From assembly GCA_041613315.1 (NCBI GenBank), contig JBFJHJ010000008.1:1-64000 (forward strand): a stretch of DNA of 64,000 nt. The letters are read 5' to 3'. Each line of letters opens with the position of its first letter. The first letter of the stretch is position 1. The DNA comes from Gemmatimonadales bacterium. GTDB taxonomy: Bacteria; Gemmatimonadota; Gemmatimonadetes; Gemmatimonadales; GWC2-71-9. A program made the position numbers and the translations under genes. Shown here in pieces: positions 51,697-61,574 of this stretch. Under the pieces are notes generated by a model, which worked only from the letters and a program-made list of their open reading frames with translations, searched no databases and was not told the DNA's origin.

Positions 51697-52394
51697 TTCG
51701 CTTTGCCAAAGTCTTCAAGGCCTTCCCGAAGGGCTCGCTCGCGCTCAAGGACGTGACCTTTCACGTGGCGAAGGGCGAGTTCGCCTTCCTCACCGGCCAT
51801 TCGGGTGCGGGCAAGTCCACCGTGCTCCGTCTCGTCTACGCCGACGAGCTGCCCACGTCCGGCGACGTCCGCGTCTCGGGGTTCGTGACCAGCCAACTCA
51901 GCGGCCGCGAGATCCCCAGACTGCGGCGGCGGCTGGGGATCGTGTTTCAGGACTTTCGGCTGCTGGAGGACCGCACGGCCGAGGAGAACGTCGCCTTCGC
52001 GCTCGAGGTCACGGGGACGCGCCGCAGCATGATCGGCCCCAAAGTGATGCGGGTGCTGGCGCAGGTGGGCCTCGCGGCCAAGGCGCGAGCCTACCCGCGC
52101 GAGCTGTCCGGGGGCGAGCAGCAGCGCGTCGCCATCGCCCGGGCCCTGGTCAACGACCCCCTGGTCCTGCTGGCCGACGAGCCGACCGGCAATCTCGACG
52201 AGCGCGCCACGCGCGGCATCTTCCAGCTGCTGCGTGACATCAACGCGACGGGCACCGCGGTGATCATGGCGACGCACGACCTGGACCTCGTACGCTCGGC
52301 GAGCTACCGCTCGATCGAGCTGCGCGACGGCGCCGTGGTCTACGATTCCGCCGAGGAGATCGAGGAGAGCGACGAGGAGGTCGAAGCCCGATGA
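51693..52394 (+). CDS. ftsE: Cell-division ABC ATPase
   Basis: GHSGAGKST, VFQDFRLL and LSGGEQQR, adjacent to ftsX. Confidence 0.93.
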   Translation: MIRFAKVFKAFPKGSLALKDVTFHVAKGEFAFLTGHSGAGKSTVLRLVYADELPTSGDVRVSGFVTSQLSGREIPRLRRRLGIVFQDFRLLEDRTAEENVAFALEVTGTRRSMIGPKVMRVLAQVGLAAKARAYPRELSGGEQQRVAIARALVNDPLVLLADEPTGNLDERATRGIFQLLRDINATGTAVIMATHDLDLVRSASYRSIELRDGAVVYDSAEEIEESDEEVEAR

Positions 52395-53248
52395 GGTTCG
52401 TGCTGCGGGAGGCGCTCGCCTCGTTTCGGCGCCAGCCGGTCCTGTCCACCCTCGCGATCACCACCATCGCATTCGCCTTGTTCGTGCTCGGGCTGTTCAG
52501 CCTCGTGGTCCTCAACCTCCAGGGAGCGCTGCGCACGGTCGAGGAACGGGTCGAGATCGTGATGTATCTGGTGCGCGGCACTCCGGTCGAAGCGGTCACG
52601 ATGGCCATGGCGGACATCGAGGCGTTCCCCGAAGTGCTCGCGGTGAACTACGTGACCGAGGAGCAGGCCCTGGAGCGGGCACGGCTGGAGCTGGCGGAGT
52701 TCCAAGGCGTCTTCGACGACCTCACGACCAACCCCCTGCCGGCGTCGCTCGAGATCCGCCTCCGACCGGGCTTCCGGCAGAGCGATCAGGTGGACGCGGT
52801 GGCCCGCCGGCTGCGGGGCTTCCGTTTCGCCGAGGACATCCGCTTCGGGCGCGACTGGGTCGAGAAACTGGACCGCCTGCGGGATATCGCGGCGGTCGTG
52901 GGGCTCGTGCTGGGCGCGGGGTTCGGCGCGGCCGCCGTGATCATCATCGGCACGACGATCCGCATGACCGTGCTCGCCCGCAGCAGGGAGATCCAGATCA
53001 TGCGGCTGGTCGGCGCCACCGACGGGTTCATCCGCCGGCCGTTCATCCTCGAGGGCGCGCTCAAAGGAGCGGTCGGGGGCGTGAGCGCCGTCATTCTCTG
53101 TTACATCGCGTACCTCGCGGTCAACTCGGAGCTGTTCCTCGGCGCGTTCTTCAGCACCGAGCAAGCCGGGCTCGTCGTCGGCTTCGGCACGGCGCTCGGC
53201 TTCGTCGCGAGCTCCGTCAGCGTCGGCCGCCATTTGGGGCAGGTATGA
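52391..53248 (+). CDS. ftsX: Cell-division permease
   Basis: NPLPAS, TIR..V.AR.REI.IMRLVGAT..FIRRPF. Confidence 0.93.
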   Translation: MRFVLREALASFRRQPVLSTLAITTIAFALFVLGLFSLVVLNLQGALRTVEERVEIVMYLVRGTPVEAVTMAMADIEAFPEVLAVNYVTEEQALERARLELAEFQGVFDDLTTNPLPASLEIRLRPGFRQSDQVDAVARRLRGFRFAEDIRFGRDWVEKLDRLRDIAAVVGLVLGAGFGAAAVIIIGTTIRMTVLARSREIQIMRLVGATDGFIRRPFILEGALKGAVGGVSAVILCYIAYLAVNSELFLGAFFSTEQAGLVVGFGTALGFVASSVSVGRHLGQV

Positions 53249-54426
53249 TCCCCCGCGTCGCTCTCCTCGTCGGAGCCGCGCTCGTCCTGGCGCCCGCCGG
53301 CCTCGCCGCGCAGCAAAACGTCGAGCGACAGATCCGCGACAACCAGGAACGCCTTCGGAATATCCGCGACGAGCGGGCGAGCCTCGAGCGCGAGTTGGAG
53401 CGGCTCCGCGGCCAGATGCACAACATCCGCAGCGAGCTCGACAACCTGGAACGCCAGAAGACGATCACCACCCGACTGGTCAACGAGCTGGACCGGCAGA
53501 TCGGCGGCCTCAACGCGCAGCTCGACTCCACCACGTTCGACCTCATCCTGACCGAAGACGCCCTCGCCGAGAAGCGCGCCGTTCTGCGCCAGCGGTTGGT
53601 GGCGATCTACAAGCGCGGACCGCTGTGGACGTTCCAGGTGTTGCTGGCCGCGGAGAGCTTCGGCGACCTACTCTCCCGCTACAAGTACTTGTACCTGGTG
53701 AGCCGCCAGGACCGCACCCTGGTAGACGAGGTGGAAGAGCTGCGCGACCGCATGGCACAGCGACGTGGCCAGCTCGTGGCGATCCACTCGGAGCTGGGGG
53801 CGCGCCGGGACGAGCGCGGCCGCGAGCTCGACCGCTACGTCACCCTCGAGCGCGGCCGTCAGCGGGCGCTGCGGCAGACGCGGGCCTCCGAGCGCCGCGC
53901 CAATACCAGGCTCGATTCCCTCGCCCGCGACGAAGAGCGCCTGGCCGACATCGTCGCGCGCCTCGAAACCGAGCGGCGGCGCGCGGTCGCGGGCGGCGCG
54001 CCCCGGGCCGGGTCGATCACCACGGCGAGCCTCGGGGCTCTGGAGTGGCCCGCGGACGGCGACCTGTTGTACCGCTTCGGGCCGGCCCAGGGACCCGACA
54101 ACACCGTGATCCGGCGCAATGGGATCGGCATCCGGCTCCCGGTGGGGACGACCGTCCGGGCCGTGGCCCCTGGGACCGTGGAGATCGCCGGACTGATGGG
54201 CACCTACGGTCCGAGCGTCCTCGTCGACCACGGGGGCGGGTTCTATACGCTGTACCTCTACCTGACGCGGTTCGACGTCCGCCCCGGCCAGGTCGTGGGC
54301 GAGGGACAGGCCATCGGCCAGTCCGGCGGCGCCACATCCGACGTCGGACCGCATCTCGAGTTTCAGATCCGTGGGGAAGGCGGCATCGCGCTCGATCCGT
54401 TGAGCTGGCTCAAGCCGAAGCGCTGA
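53245..54426 (+). CDS. envC: EnvC-like coiled-coil plus degenerate M23 amidase activator
   Basis: Long coiled coil. The LytM domain lacks the HxxxD/HxH Zn ligands (NGIG, HLE). ftsEX synteny. Confidence 0.8.
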   Translation: MIPRVALLVGAALVLAPAGLAAQQNVERQIRDNQERLRNIRDERASLERELERLRGQMHNIRSELDNLERQKTITTRLVNELDRQIGGLNAQLDSTTFDLILTEDALAEKRAVLRQRLVAIYKRGPLWTFQVLLAAESFGDLLSRYKYLYLVSRQDRTLVDEVEELRDRMAQRRGQLVAIHSELGARRDERGRELDRYVTLERGRQRALRQTRASERRANTRLDSLARDEERLADIVARLETERRRAVAGGAPRAGSITTASLGALEWPADGDLLYRFGPAQGPDNTVIRRNGIGIRLPVGTTVRAVAPGTVEIAGLMGTYGPSVLVDHGGGFYTLYLYLTRFDVRPGQVVGEGQAIGQSGGATSDVGPHLEFQIRGEGGIALDPLSWLKPKR

Positions 54427-54553
54427 ACCGCCTCGCAGCGCGCCAGCGTGGTACCGCCCATCGTCGGCCTGCCGGCGTTGTTCGCCAACGTGGCCACACG
54501 CTGCTCGGCCACCATTGCCGCCCGACGCCCCACCGCGTGGTACCTTGCATTCC

Positions 54554-55042
54554 ATGACCGGCCGGCCCCAAGAGCCCAATGCGATCCAACGGCTTGCCCG
54601 CAGCGCCGCGGGGATGACGACCCTGGCGCTGGCGATCGGCCTCTCGCTGGGGTTCGGCGCCTTCACGTTCATCTACGGCCGAGGCGCGTCGTACCTCACC
54701 AACAACCCGGCCGCCTGTGCGAACTGTCACGTCATGCAGGGGCACTTCAACGGCTGGCTCCAGGCAAGTCACCGATCGGCGGCGACGTGCAATGACTGTC
54801 ACACGCCGCCGGGACTGATCGGCAAGTACGTCACGAAGGCGAGCAACGGCTTCTGGCATTCGGTGGCTTTCACGAGCGGTACATTCCAGGAGCCGATCCG
54901 GATCAAGGCCGGCAATCTCGTCGCGACCGAACGGCGCTGTCGCACGTGCCACGCCGAGGTCGCCTCGGTCGTGGACGGACCGGACGGAGCCGAAGCCAGG
55001 AGTTGCGTCCCGTGCCACCGATCCGTGGGTCACCGGCGCTGA
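54554..55042 (+). CDS. nrfH: Cytochrome c nitrite reductase small subunit
   Basis: One TM and four CxxCH motifs (CANCHVM, CNDCH, CRTCH, CVPCH). Confidence 0.93.
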   Translation: MTGRPQEPNAIQRLARSAAGMTTLALAIGLSLGFGAFTFIYGRGASYLTNNPAACANCHVMQGHFNGWLQASHRSAATCNDCHTPPGLIGKYVTKASNGFWHSVAFTSGTFQEPIRIKAGNLVATERRCRTCHAEVASVVDGPDGAEARSCVPCHRSVGHRR

Positions 55043-55087
55043 GGCCGGTGGCGCCCGGCACATTTCGAGGAGCCCCGAGACAGAGCG

Positions 55088-56533
55088 ATGACCGCACCGA
55101 ACGAGCCCGGCCCCACTCCCACCGACCGGCATTGGCCCTGGCGCCGCTTCGTGCTGCTGACCCTGGCGGCTGCCGCCGTGAGCGCCGGGGTGCTGGCGCT
55201 GCTGGTGACCATCTTCGAGCGCAAGCAAGAGGCGCGAACGCCGTTCTTCCGGGTCGTGGAGCTGAGCGATACGACCGAGGACCCCGAGGTGTGGGGCCGC
55301 AACTTCCCTCACCAACTCGATGCGTACCGCCGGACGGTGGATCAGGTGCGCACGCGCTTTGGCGGCAGCGAGGCCATTCCCCGCACACCGGACGACGTCG
55401 ATCCACGATCGGTCGTCGCGCAATCCCGGCTGGAGGAGGACGCTCGGCTTCGGACGATGTGGGCGGGATACGCGTTCAGCCAGGACTTCCGCGAGGATCG
55501 CGGCCATGCGTACATGCTCGAGGATCAGACGTTCACGGAACGTCAGCGCGCCGCGCCCCAGCCGGGGACCTGCGCGCACTGCCACGCCTCGGTCTACGTA
55601 CCCTATCTTCGGCTCGGAAACGGGGATCTCGTCGCGGGGTTTGCGAAGATGAACCCCATGCCGTACGCGGAGGCGCGACGCCATGTACAGTACCCCATCG
55701 CGTGCATCGACTGTCATGACCCCACCAGCATGCGGTTGCGGATCACACGGCCCGCCTTCATCGAAGGCATACGGGCGTACAAGGTCACGCAGGGTGTCCC
55801 CAACTACGACGTCAACCTCCAGGCGTCCCGACAGGAGCTGCGGACGTACGTCTGCGCCCAGTGCCACGTGGAGTACTACTTTCGGGGCGCCGAGAAGCGG
55901 CTCGTCTATCCGTGGGCCACGGGACTGAAGGTCGAGCAGATCTACGGGTACTACGATTCGGTCGGCTTCCGCGATTGGATGCACGCTGAGACGGGTGCCC
56001 CGGTCCTCAAGGCGCAGCATCCAGAGTTCGAGCTGTGGAGCCAGGGCGTCCACGCGCGCTCGGGCGTGGCGTGCGCCGACTGTCACATGCCGTACCAACG
56101 GGTCGGCGCACTCAAGGTGACGGACCACCACGTGCGGAGCCCACTGCTCAACATCAACAATGCCTGCCAGACCTGTCACCCGGTGCCCGAGCAGGAGCTG
56201 CGGAGCCGCGTGGAACTGATCCAGGAGAACACTCACTTGTTGCGAAACCGGGCGATGGACGCGCTGGTGGCGCTCATCGCAGATCTCCGCGATGCGCAGC
56301 GCGCCGGGCGCTCCGCCGCGTCGCTCGGCCCGGCACGGGAACTGCAGCGCCGGGCCCAGTTCTACATCGACTTCGTCGAGGCCGAGAACTCGACGGGCTT
56401 CCACGCGCCACAGGAGGCGGCACGGATCCTGGGAGAAGCCATGGACTTCGCGCGCCAGGGGCAGGTGGCCGTGCGCGACCCCGGCTTCCGACCGACGGTC
56501 CCGCGCTCCCGGTCCGCGACGAGCACCCCGTAA
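55088..56533 (+). CDS. nrfA: Ammonia-forming pentaheme cytochrome c nitrite reductase, CXXCH-type
   Basis: WAGYAFS.DF...RGH; hemes CAHCH, CIDCH, CAQCHVEYY, CADCH and CQTCH; KAQHPE; AENSTGFH. Confidence 0.95.
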   Translation: MTAPNEPGPTPTDRHWPWRRFVLLTLAAAAVSAGVLALLVTIFERKQEARTPFFRVVELSDTTEDPEVWGRNFPHQLDAYRRTVDQVRTRFGGSEAIPRTPDDVDPRSVVAQSRLEEDARLRTMWAGYAFSQDFREDRGHAYMLEDQTFTERQRAAPQPGTCAHCHASVYVPYLRLGNGDLVAGFAKMNPMPYAEARRHVQYPIACIDCHDPTSMRLRITRPAFIEGIRAYKVTQGVPNYDVNLQASRQELRTYVCAQCHVEYYFRGAEKRLVYPWATGLKVEQIYGYYDSVGFRDWMHAETGAPVLKAQHPEFELWSQGVHARSGVACADCHMPYQRVGALKVTDHHVRSPLLNINNACQTCHPVPEQELRSRVELIQENTHLLRNRAMDALVALIADLRDAQRAGRSAASLGPARELQRRAQFYIDFVEAENSTGFHAPQEAARILGEAMDFARQGQVAVRDPGFRPTVPRSRSATSTP

Positions 56534-56709
56534 CGCTCGGGGATCCGGCGAGTCGACGTCGCCCCTGACACCGGTCCGCCCCGGGCGCGCTGCGGCGCCG
56601 TCTGCCGGATCGAGTGCGCCGCGCACTCCACGACACACGTCCGCGATCTGTCTACCACTTCCGATGTCGTCCACCGACCCCTTGTGGAGCCGGTGCTGAT
56701 GGAGTAGTA

Positions 56710-56725
56710 ATTCATACGTATGAAT
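56710..56725. promoter_or_regulatory. Perfect 16-bp palindrome, probable TetR operator
   Basis: ATTCATACGTATGAAT overlaps the TetR ATG. Confidence 0.65.
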
Positions 56726-57337
56726 GATGCCGCAACGGACACGCCTGCTCTGCTCCTCGAGGCCGGTACGACCCTCTTCGCCGAGCGGGGCTACGATGGC
56801 ACGTCCATCCGCGACCTCACGCGACTCGCCGGCACAAACCTGGGCGCCGTTACGTACCACTTCGGCTCCAAGGAAGCGCTCTACGAGGCCGTCATGGCCG
56901 CGGTCGCCGAACCGCTTCGTGAGCGGCTGGCTGGTGCCGCAGCCGCACCCGGCGCGCCGCTCGACCGCATCGAGCAGGTCGTCCGCACTTTCTTCGACCA
57001 CCTGAGCGACCACCCCGAGCTCCCCCGGCTCATCATCCAGCAGTTCGCGTCGGCGCGCCCGATGCCCCAGACGGCGCTCCGCGTCATGCAGGGCAATCAC
57101 CAGACCCTGGCGACGCTCATCGCCGAGGGCCAGCGCAACGGCACGATCCGCCCCGGCGACCCCCGCCTCATGGCGCTCTCCATCGGTGCGCAGCCGGTGT
57201 TCCTCACCCTCGTTCGCCGGGCCCTCCAGGAGGCCGTGGCGATCGATCAGGCCGACCCCGACATGCGCGCACGACTCGTGGACAGCGTTGTGGCGTTCGT
57301 GCGCGCGGGCCTTGGGGCGGACGGGAGATCCAAGTAA
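56720..57337 (+). CDS. TetR/AcrR (CecR-like) regulator
   Basis: LFAERGYDGTSIRDL...YHFGSKEALY. Confidence 0.93.
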   Translation: MNDAATDTPALLLEAGTTLFAERGYDGTSIRDLTRLAGTNLGAVTYHFGSKEALYEAVMAAVAEPLRERLAGAAAAPGAPLDRIEQVVRTFFDHLSDHPELPRLIIQQFASARPMPQTALRVMQGNHQTLATLIAEGQRNGTIRPGDPRLMALSIGAQPVFLTLVRRALQEAVAIDQADPDMRARLVDSVVAFVRAGLGADGRSK

Positions 57338-58707
57338 TGACATCATCGCGCCATCATATGGTCATCATAGCGGCACTTGCCATGCTTCCGGGCGCATTGC
57401 CAGCTCAGGCGCAGGGGCCCGACCGCGGCGGAGATCGTCAGGCGCCGCTCACGCTGCACGGGGCGGTCCAGCGGGCGCTCGAGACGCACCCGGCCCTCTC
57501 GGCGGCCCGCGCCGCTCACGACGCGGCCGGCCAGGCGGTCGGGATCGCCACTGCCGAGCGCTTCCCACAGCTCACGGTCCAGGCGGGGCTCACGCGGTTC
57601 GAAGAGCCGATGATCGTGGCACCGCTGCATGGCTTCGATCCCGCGCGGCCTCCCGAGTTCTCCCGCACGCTGACGGGTGGCGCCCTCGGCTTCAGCTACG
57701 CGCTGTTCGACGGCGGCGCGCGGGGAGCGCGGGTCGCGGGCGCTCAGGCCGACGCGCGGGCGGCGGCGGCGGCGCTGGGCGCCGCGGAGTCCGAACTCAT
57801 GGCCGTCGTCGCCCGCACGTACCTCGCAGCGCTCAGCGCCCGGGACGTGCTCGACGCACAGCGGCAGGGGGTTGCGGCGCTCGAGGCCGAGCGCGACCGC
57901 GTGCAGCAGCTCCTGGCTGCGGGAAGCGCCGCCCAGGTACAGCTCCTGCGCGTGCGCGCGGCGCTGGCCGAGGCGGAAGCAGCCCGCGTCTCGGCGGCCG
58001 CCGCGCTCGACCTCGCCGAGCGCGGTCTCGCCCGGCTGCTCGGGGTCGATGCAGCGACGACCCGGACCGACCGTCTCGCGGCCGTGACGCTCGCCGACAC
58101 GATCCCGGGTGAGCGCGACGATCTGCTCGTCCGCGCCGGTGCATCGAACGATCGGATCGAGCAGGCCCGGTGGCGGATGGACGCGGCACGGCGCGACCAC
58201 CGCGCCGCCGTGGCCGCGTGGTTCCCGCGGCTCGATGTGGTGGGGGGGTATCAGGGGTTCGGCACGACGGCCGAAGTCACGGCGGAGTGGCAGGCGGGCG
58301 TGCGGCTCAGCTATGCGCTCTTTGCCGGCGGCGGCCGGGCGCGCCGTGTGGCCGCCGCCACTGCCCGGCAGCGAGCGGCGGAAGAGCGGCTCCGGCTCAC
58401 CGAGCTGGAGACCGCCCAGGCGGTGGACGGGGCGCTCTCGGCGGTATGGGAGTCCCGAGCCCGCGTCGCGGCCCACGAGTCCGCCGTGCGACATCTCACC
58501 GAGGTCGCCCGTATCGAGCTGCTGACCCTCGAAGCTGGGGCCGGCACCGAGGCCGACTTCCTCCAGGCGGAGGCGGCGGCCCGCCGCGCACGGGCCGCGC
58601 TCGCAGACGTGCGCCACGCGGAGATCGGCGCTCGCGTCGAGCTCGCGCGCCTCACGGGCGAGCTCACCCCCGCCTGGCTCACGCGCGTGCTGGAGAACCG
58701 ACCATGA
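57337..58707 (+). CDS. TolC-family outer-membrane efflux protein
   Basis: Signal peptide, LTL..AV..AL..HP and two OEP repeats (FP.L). Confidence 0.9.
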   Translation: MTSSRHHMVIIAALAMLPGALPAQAQGPDRGGDRQAPLTLHGAVQRALETHPALSAARAAHDAAGQAVGIATAERFPQLTVQAGLTRFEEPMIVAPLHGFDPARPPEFSRTLTGGALGFSYALFDGGARGARVAGAQADARAAAAALGAAESELMAVVARTYLAALSARDVLDAQRQGVAALEAERDRVQQLLAAGSAAQVQLLRVRAALAEAEAARVSAAAALDLAERGLARLLGVDAATTRTDRLAAVTLADTIPGERDDLLVRAGASNDRIEQARWRMDAARRDHRAAVAAWFPRLDVVGGYQGFGTTAEVTAEWQAGVRLSYALFAGGGRARRVAAATARQRAAEERLRLTELETAQAVDGALSAVWESRARVAAHESAVRHLTEVARIELLTLEAGAGTEADFLQAEAAARRARAALADVRHAEIGARVELARLTGELTPAWLTRVLENRP

Positions 58708-59714
58708 CCAGAGCACGGCGGCTCGCCATCGCCGGCGGCCTGCTGGCGGCGATCGCGGGCGTGTTCATCGGCACCCGGATTCTCTCGGGCAACGCCGACC
58801 AGGTGATTCTCGCCTCCGGCACCGTCGAGGCGACCGAAGCGGATCTGGGTTTCCAGACCCCGGGGCGGATCGACAGCATCGCCGTCCAGGAAGGCGCTGC
58901 CGTCACGCCGACTCAGGAGCTGGCCTGGCTGGACCGAGCGGAGCTCCGCGCCCGGCGGCAGGCCGCGGCCGCGCAGGCGGCAGCGGCCCGGGCGCGGCTG
59001 GCCGAGCTGGAGCATGGGTCCCGGCCTGAGGAGATCGCGCAGGGCCGGGCGGCGCTCCGGGCGGCTGAGCAGCGTCTCGAGGACGCCCGGCGCGACCTCG
59101 AGCGGATGCAGCGGCTGTACGACGGTGGCGCCGCCAGCCGGCAACAACTCGACCACCAGCAGACCACGTACGAGCTGGCAATGTCACAGCACGACACCGC
59201 CAAGGAACAGCTCGCGCTCCTGGAGCAGGGTCCCAGGGCCGAAACCATCGCCGCCCAGCAGGCAGCCCTCTCCCAGGCCGTCGCGGCGGTGGCCCAGGTC
59301 GATGCGGCGCTCGGGCAGGCGGTGATCCGGGCGCCGATGCCCGGGATCGTGACCCTGCGCCACCGGGAGCCCGGCGAAACCGTGCCCGCCGGCTTGCCGG
59401 TCGTCACGGTGATGAACCCGGACGATCGCTGGGTGCGGATCTACGTGCGGCAGGATCAGGTTGGCCGCCTCGCGATCGGACAAGCGGCCTCGATCACGGC
59501 AGACGCGTACCCGGAGCGGCGCTACGGCGGCGAGGTCGTCTTCATCGCTCGAGAAGCGGAGTTCACCCCGCGCAACGTGCAGACGGCGGCGGAACGGGTG
59601 AAGCTGGTCTACCGGGTGAAAGTGCGCGTGACGGACGATCCGGGATACGACCTCAAGCCGGGCCTTCCCGCCGACGTGCGGCTCGAGCCTGCCCTACCCA
59701 GAACCCCCAGGTGA
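58704..59714 (+). CDS. HlyD-family membrane fusion protein (YbhG-like)
   Basis: SGTVEA, IRAP..G and AEFTPRNVQT..ERVKLVYRVK. Confidence 0.92.
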   Translation: MTRARRLAIAGGLLAAIAGVFIGTRILSGNADQVILASGTVEATEADLGFQTPGRIDSIAVQEGAAVTPTQELAWLDRAELRARRQAAAAQAAAARARLAELEHGSRPEEIAQGRAALRAAEQRLEDARRDLERMQRLYDGGAASRQQLDHQQTTYELAMSQHDTAKEQLALLEQGPRAETIAAQQAALSQAVAAVAQVDAALGQAVIRAPMPGIVTLRHREPGETVPAGLPVVTVMNPDDRWVRIYVRQDQVGRLAIGQAASITADAYPERRYGGEVVFIAREAEFTPRNVQTAAERVKLVYRVKVRVTDDPGYDLKPGLPADVRLEPALPRTPR

Positions 59715-60643
59715 CACCCGCCGTCGCCGTCTCCGACCTCACCCGCCACTTCGGCGCGATCCGCGCGGTCGAGCGGCTCACGTTTGACGTCGCCCCCGGT
59801 GAGCTGTTCGGGATCGTCGGCCCGGACGGCGCCGGCAAGACGACGCTTCTCAGGATGCTTGCCGGCGTATTGCGCCCGTCCGCGGGCGACGCGGCCGTGC
59901 GGGGCGTGAGCGTTGCCCGGGATCCCGAGGGCGTGAAGCGCCACATCGCATACATGGCGCAGCGCTTCGGGCTGTACGCGGACCTCACGGTGCGCGAGAA
60001 CATCGAGTTCTATGCCGACCTCTATGGCGTTTCACACGCCGACCGGCCCGGCCGGCGGCAGGAGCTATACGCCTTCTCAGGCCTGGGCCCGTTCGAAGAC
60101 CGGCTGGCCGGGCGCCTCTCCGGCGGCATGAAGCAGAAGCTGTCGCTCTGCTGCGCGCTGATCCACCAACCGGACATCCTGATTCTGGATGAGCCGACGT
60201 TCGGCGTGGATCCGATCTCGCGACGGGAGCTCTGGCTGATCCTCCACGAGCGGGTCGCGGGCGGCATGACGGTCGTCGTGGCGACGGCGTATCTCGACGA
60301 GGCAGAGCGCTGCGATCGGGTGGCGCTCCTCCACCAGGGCACGCTCCTCGCGCTGGACCGCCCGCAGGAGTTGCAGAACCGGTTGCGGGAGCGGATTCAC
60401 ACCGTACGAGCCGACCGGCCCCGGGCCGCGCGCGACCTCCTGCGCCAGCAGCCTCACCAGTGGCACGCGGCACTCTTCGGCGACCACATCCATCTCACGC
60501 TCGAGGACGCGGCGCGCGATTGGCCTCGAGCCAAAGCGGTGCTCGACGCCGGCGGCATCACGATTCTCGAAGAGGGCGTTGCCGAGCCCTCGCTCGAGGA
60601 CGTGTTCATCGGGCTGGTCCGGGAGGCCTCGACCAGTGGCTGA
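59711..60643 (+). CDS. ABC transporter ATP-binding protein (YbhF N-half-like)
   Basis: GPDGAGKTT, LSGGMKQK and DEPT. Confidence 0.93.
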   Translation: MTPAVAVSDLTRHFGAIRAVERLTFDVAPGELFGIVGPDGAGKTTLLRMLAGVLRPSAGDAAVRGVSVARDPEGVKRHIAYMAQRFGLYADLTVRENIEFYADLYGVSHADRPGRRQELYAFSGLGPFEDRLAGRLSGGMKQKLSLCCALIHQPDILILDEPTFGVDPISRRELWLILHERVAGGMTVVVATAYLDEAERCDRVALLHQGTLLALDRPQELQNRLRERIHTVRADRPRAARDLLRQQPHQWHAALFGDHIHLTLEDAARDWPRAKAVLDAGGITILEEGVAEPSLEDVFIGLVREASTSG

Positions 60644-61574
60644 GGCGATCGCGGTGCGGGAGCTGACTCGCGCCTTCGGTGACTTCGTCGCCGTGGACCA
60701 CGTGAGCTTCGCGGTGCCGAGCGGCGAGATCTTCGGTTTCCTGGGTCCCAACGGCGCGGGCAAGACCACGACCATCAAGATGCTGACCGGCCTCCTCCGC
60801 CCTACGGCCGGCACCGCGCTCGTGGCCGGCATTGATGTCGCGGCGCACCCGACGCGCGTCAAACACCAAATCGGCTACATGTCGCAACTCTTCTCCCTCT
60901 ACGCGGACCTCACGGTCGGCGAGAACATCCAGCTGTTTGCCGGTTTGTACGGCGTCACGGGGGAACGGGCGCGCGACCGCACGGCCTGGGTGCTGGAGAT
61001 GGCCGGCCTCACCGGCGAGGCGCGGCGGCTCACCGGCGAGCTGCCGCTCGGCTTCAAGCAGCGCCTCGCGCTGGGCTGTGCCGTGCTGCATCAGCCCTCG
61101 GTGCTGTGCCTGGACGAGCCGACGTCCGGTGTCGACCCGCTCTCGCGGCGCGCGTTCTGGGACCTCATCTACGAGTTGGCCGGGGGCGGGACCACCGTGC
61201 TCGTGAGCACGCATTACATGGAAGAGGCGGAGTACTGCCACCGCCTCGCCCTCATGAACCGCGGTCGCCTCATCGCCCTCGACCGGCCGGCCGCGCTGAA
61301 GCGCGCGCTGCACCAACCCATCCTCGAGATCCGCACCGCGGACGCGCCGCGCACGGTCGAGGCGTTACACGGCGTCCCCGGTGTCAGGGACGCCGCGCTG
61401 TTCGGCCGCGCCGTCCACGCGGTGGTCGCGGACGAGGCGGCCGCCCTGCGCGACCTGCCCCCGCTCCTGGCGGCGACGGGGCTCCCCGCCGAACGGATCC
61501 AGTTGGTCGAGCCGTCGCTCGAGGACGTGTTCGTGGCACTGATCCAGCGTGCCGGAGGAGCGGTCGCCGGATGA
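60636..61574 (+). CDS. ABC transporter ATP-binding protein (YbhF C-half-like)
   Basis: GPNGAGKTT, degenerate signature LPLGFKQR and DEPTSGVDP. Confidence 0.93.
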   Translation: MAEAIAVRELTRAFGDFVAVDHVSFAVPSGEIFGFLGPNGAGKTTTIKMLTGLLRPTAGTALVAGIDVAAHPTRVKHQIGYMSQLFSLYADLTVGENIQLFAGLYGVTGERARDRTAWVLEMAGLTGEARRLTGELPLGFKQRLALGCAVLHQPSVLCLDEPTSGVDPLSRRAFWDLIYELAGGGTTVLVSTHYMEEAEYCHRLALMNRGRLIALDRPAALKRALHQPILEIRTADAPRTVEALHGVPGVRDAALFGRAVHAVVADEAAALRDLPPLLAATGLPAERIQLVEPSLEDVFVALIQRAGGAVAG

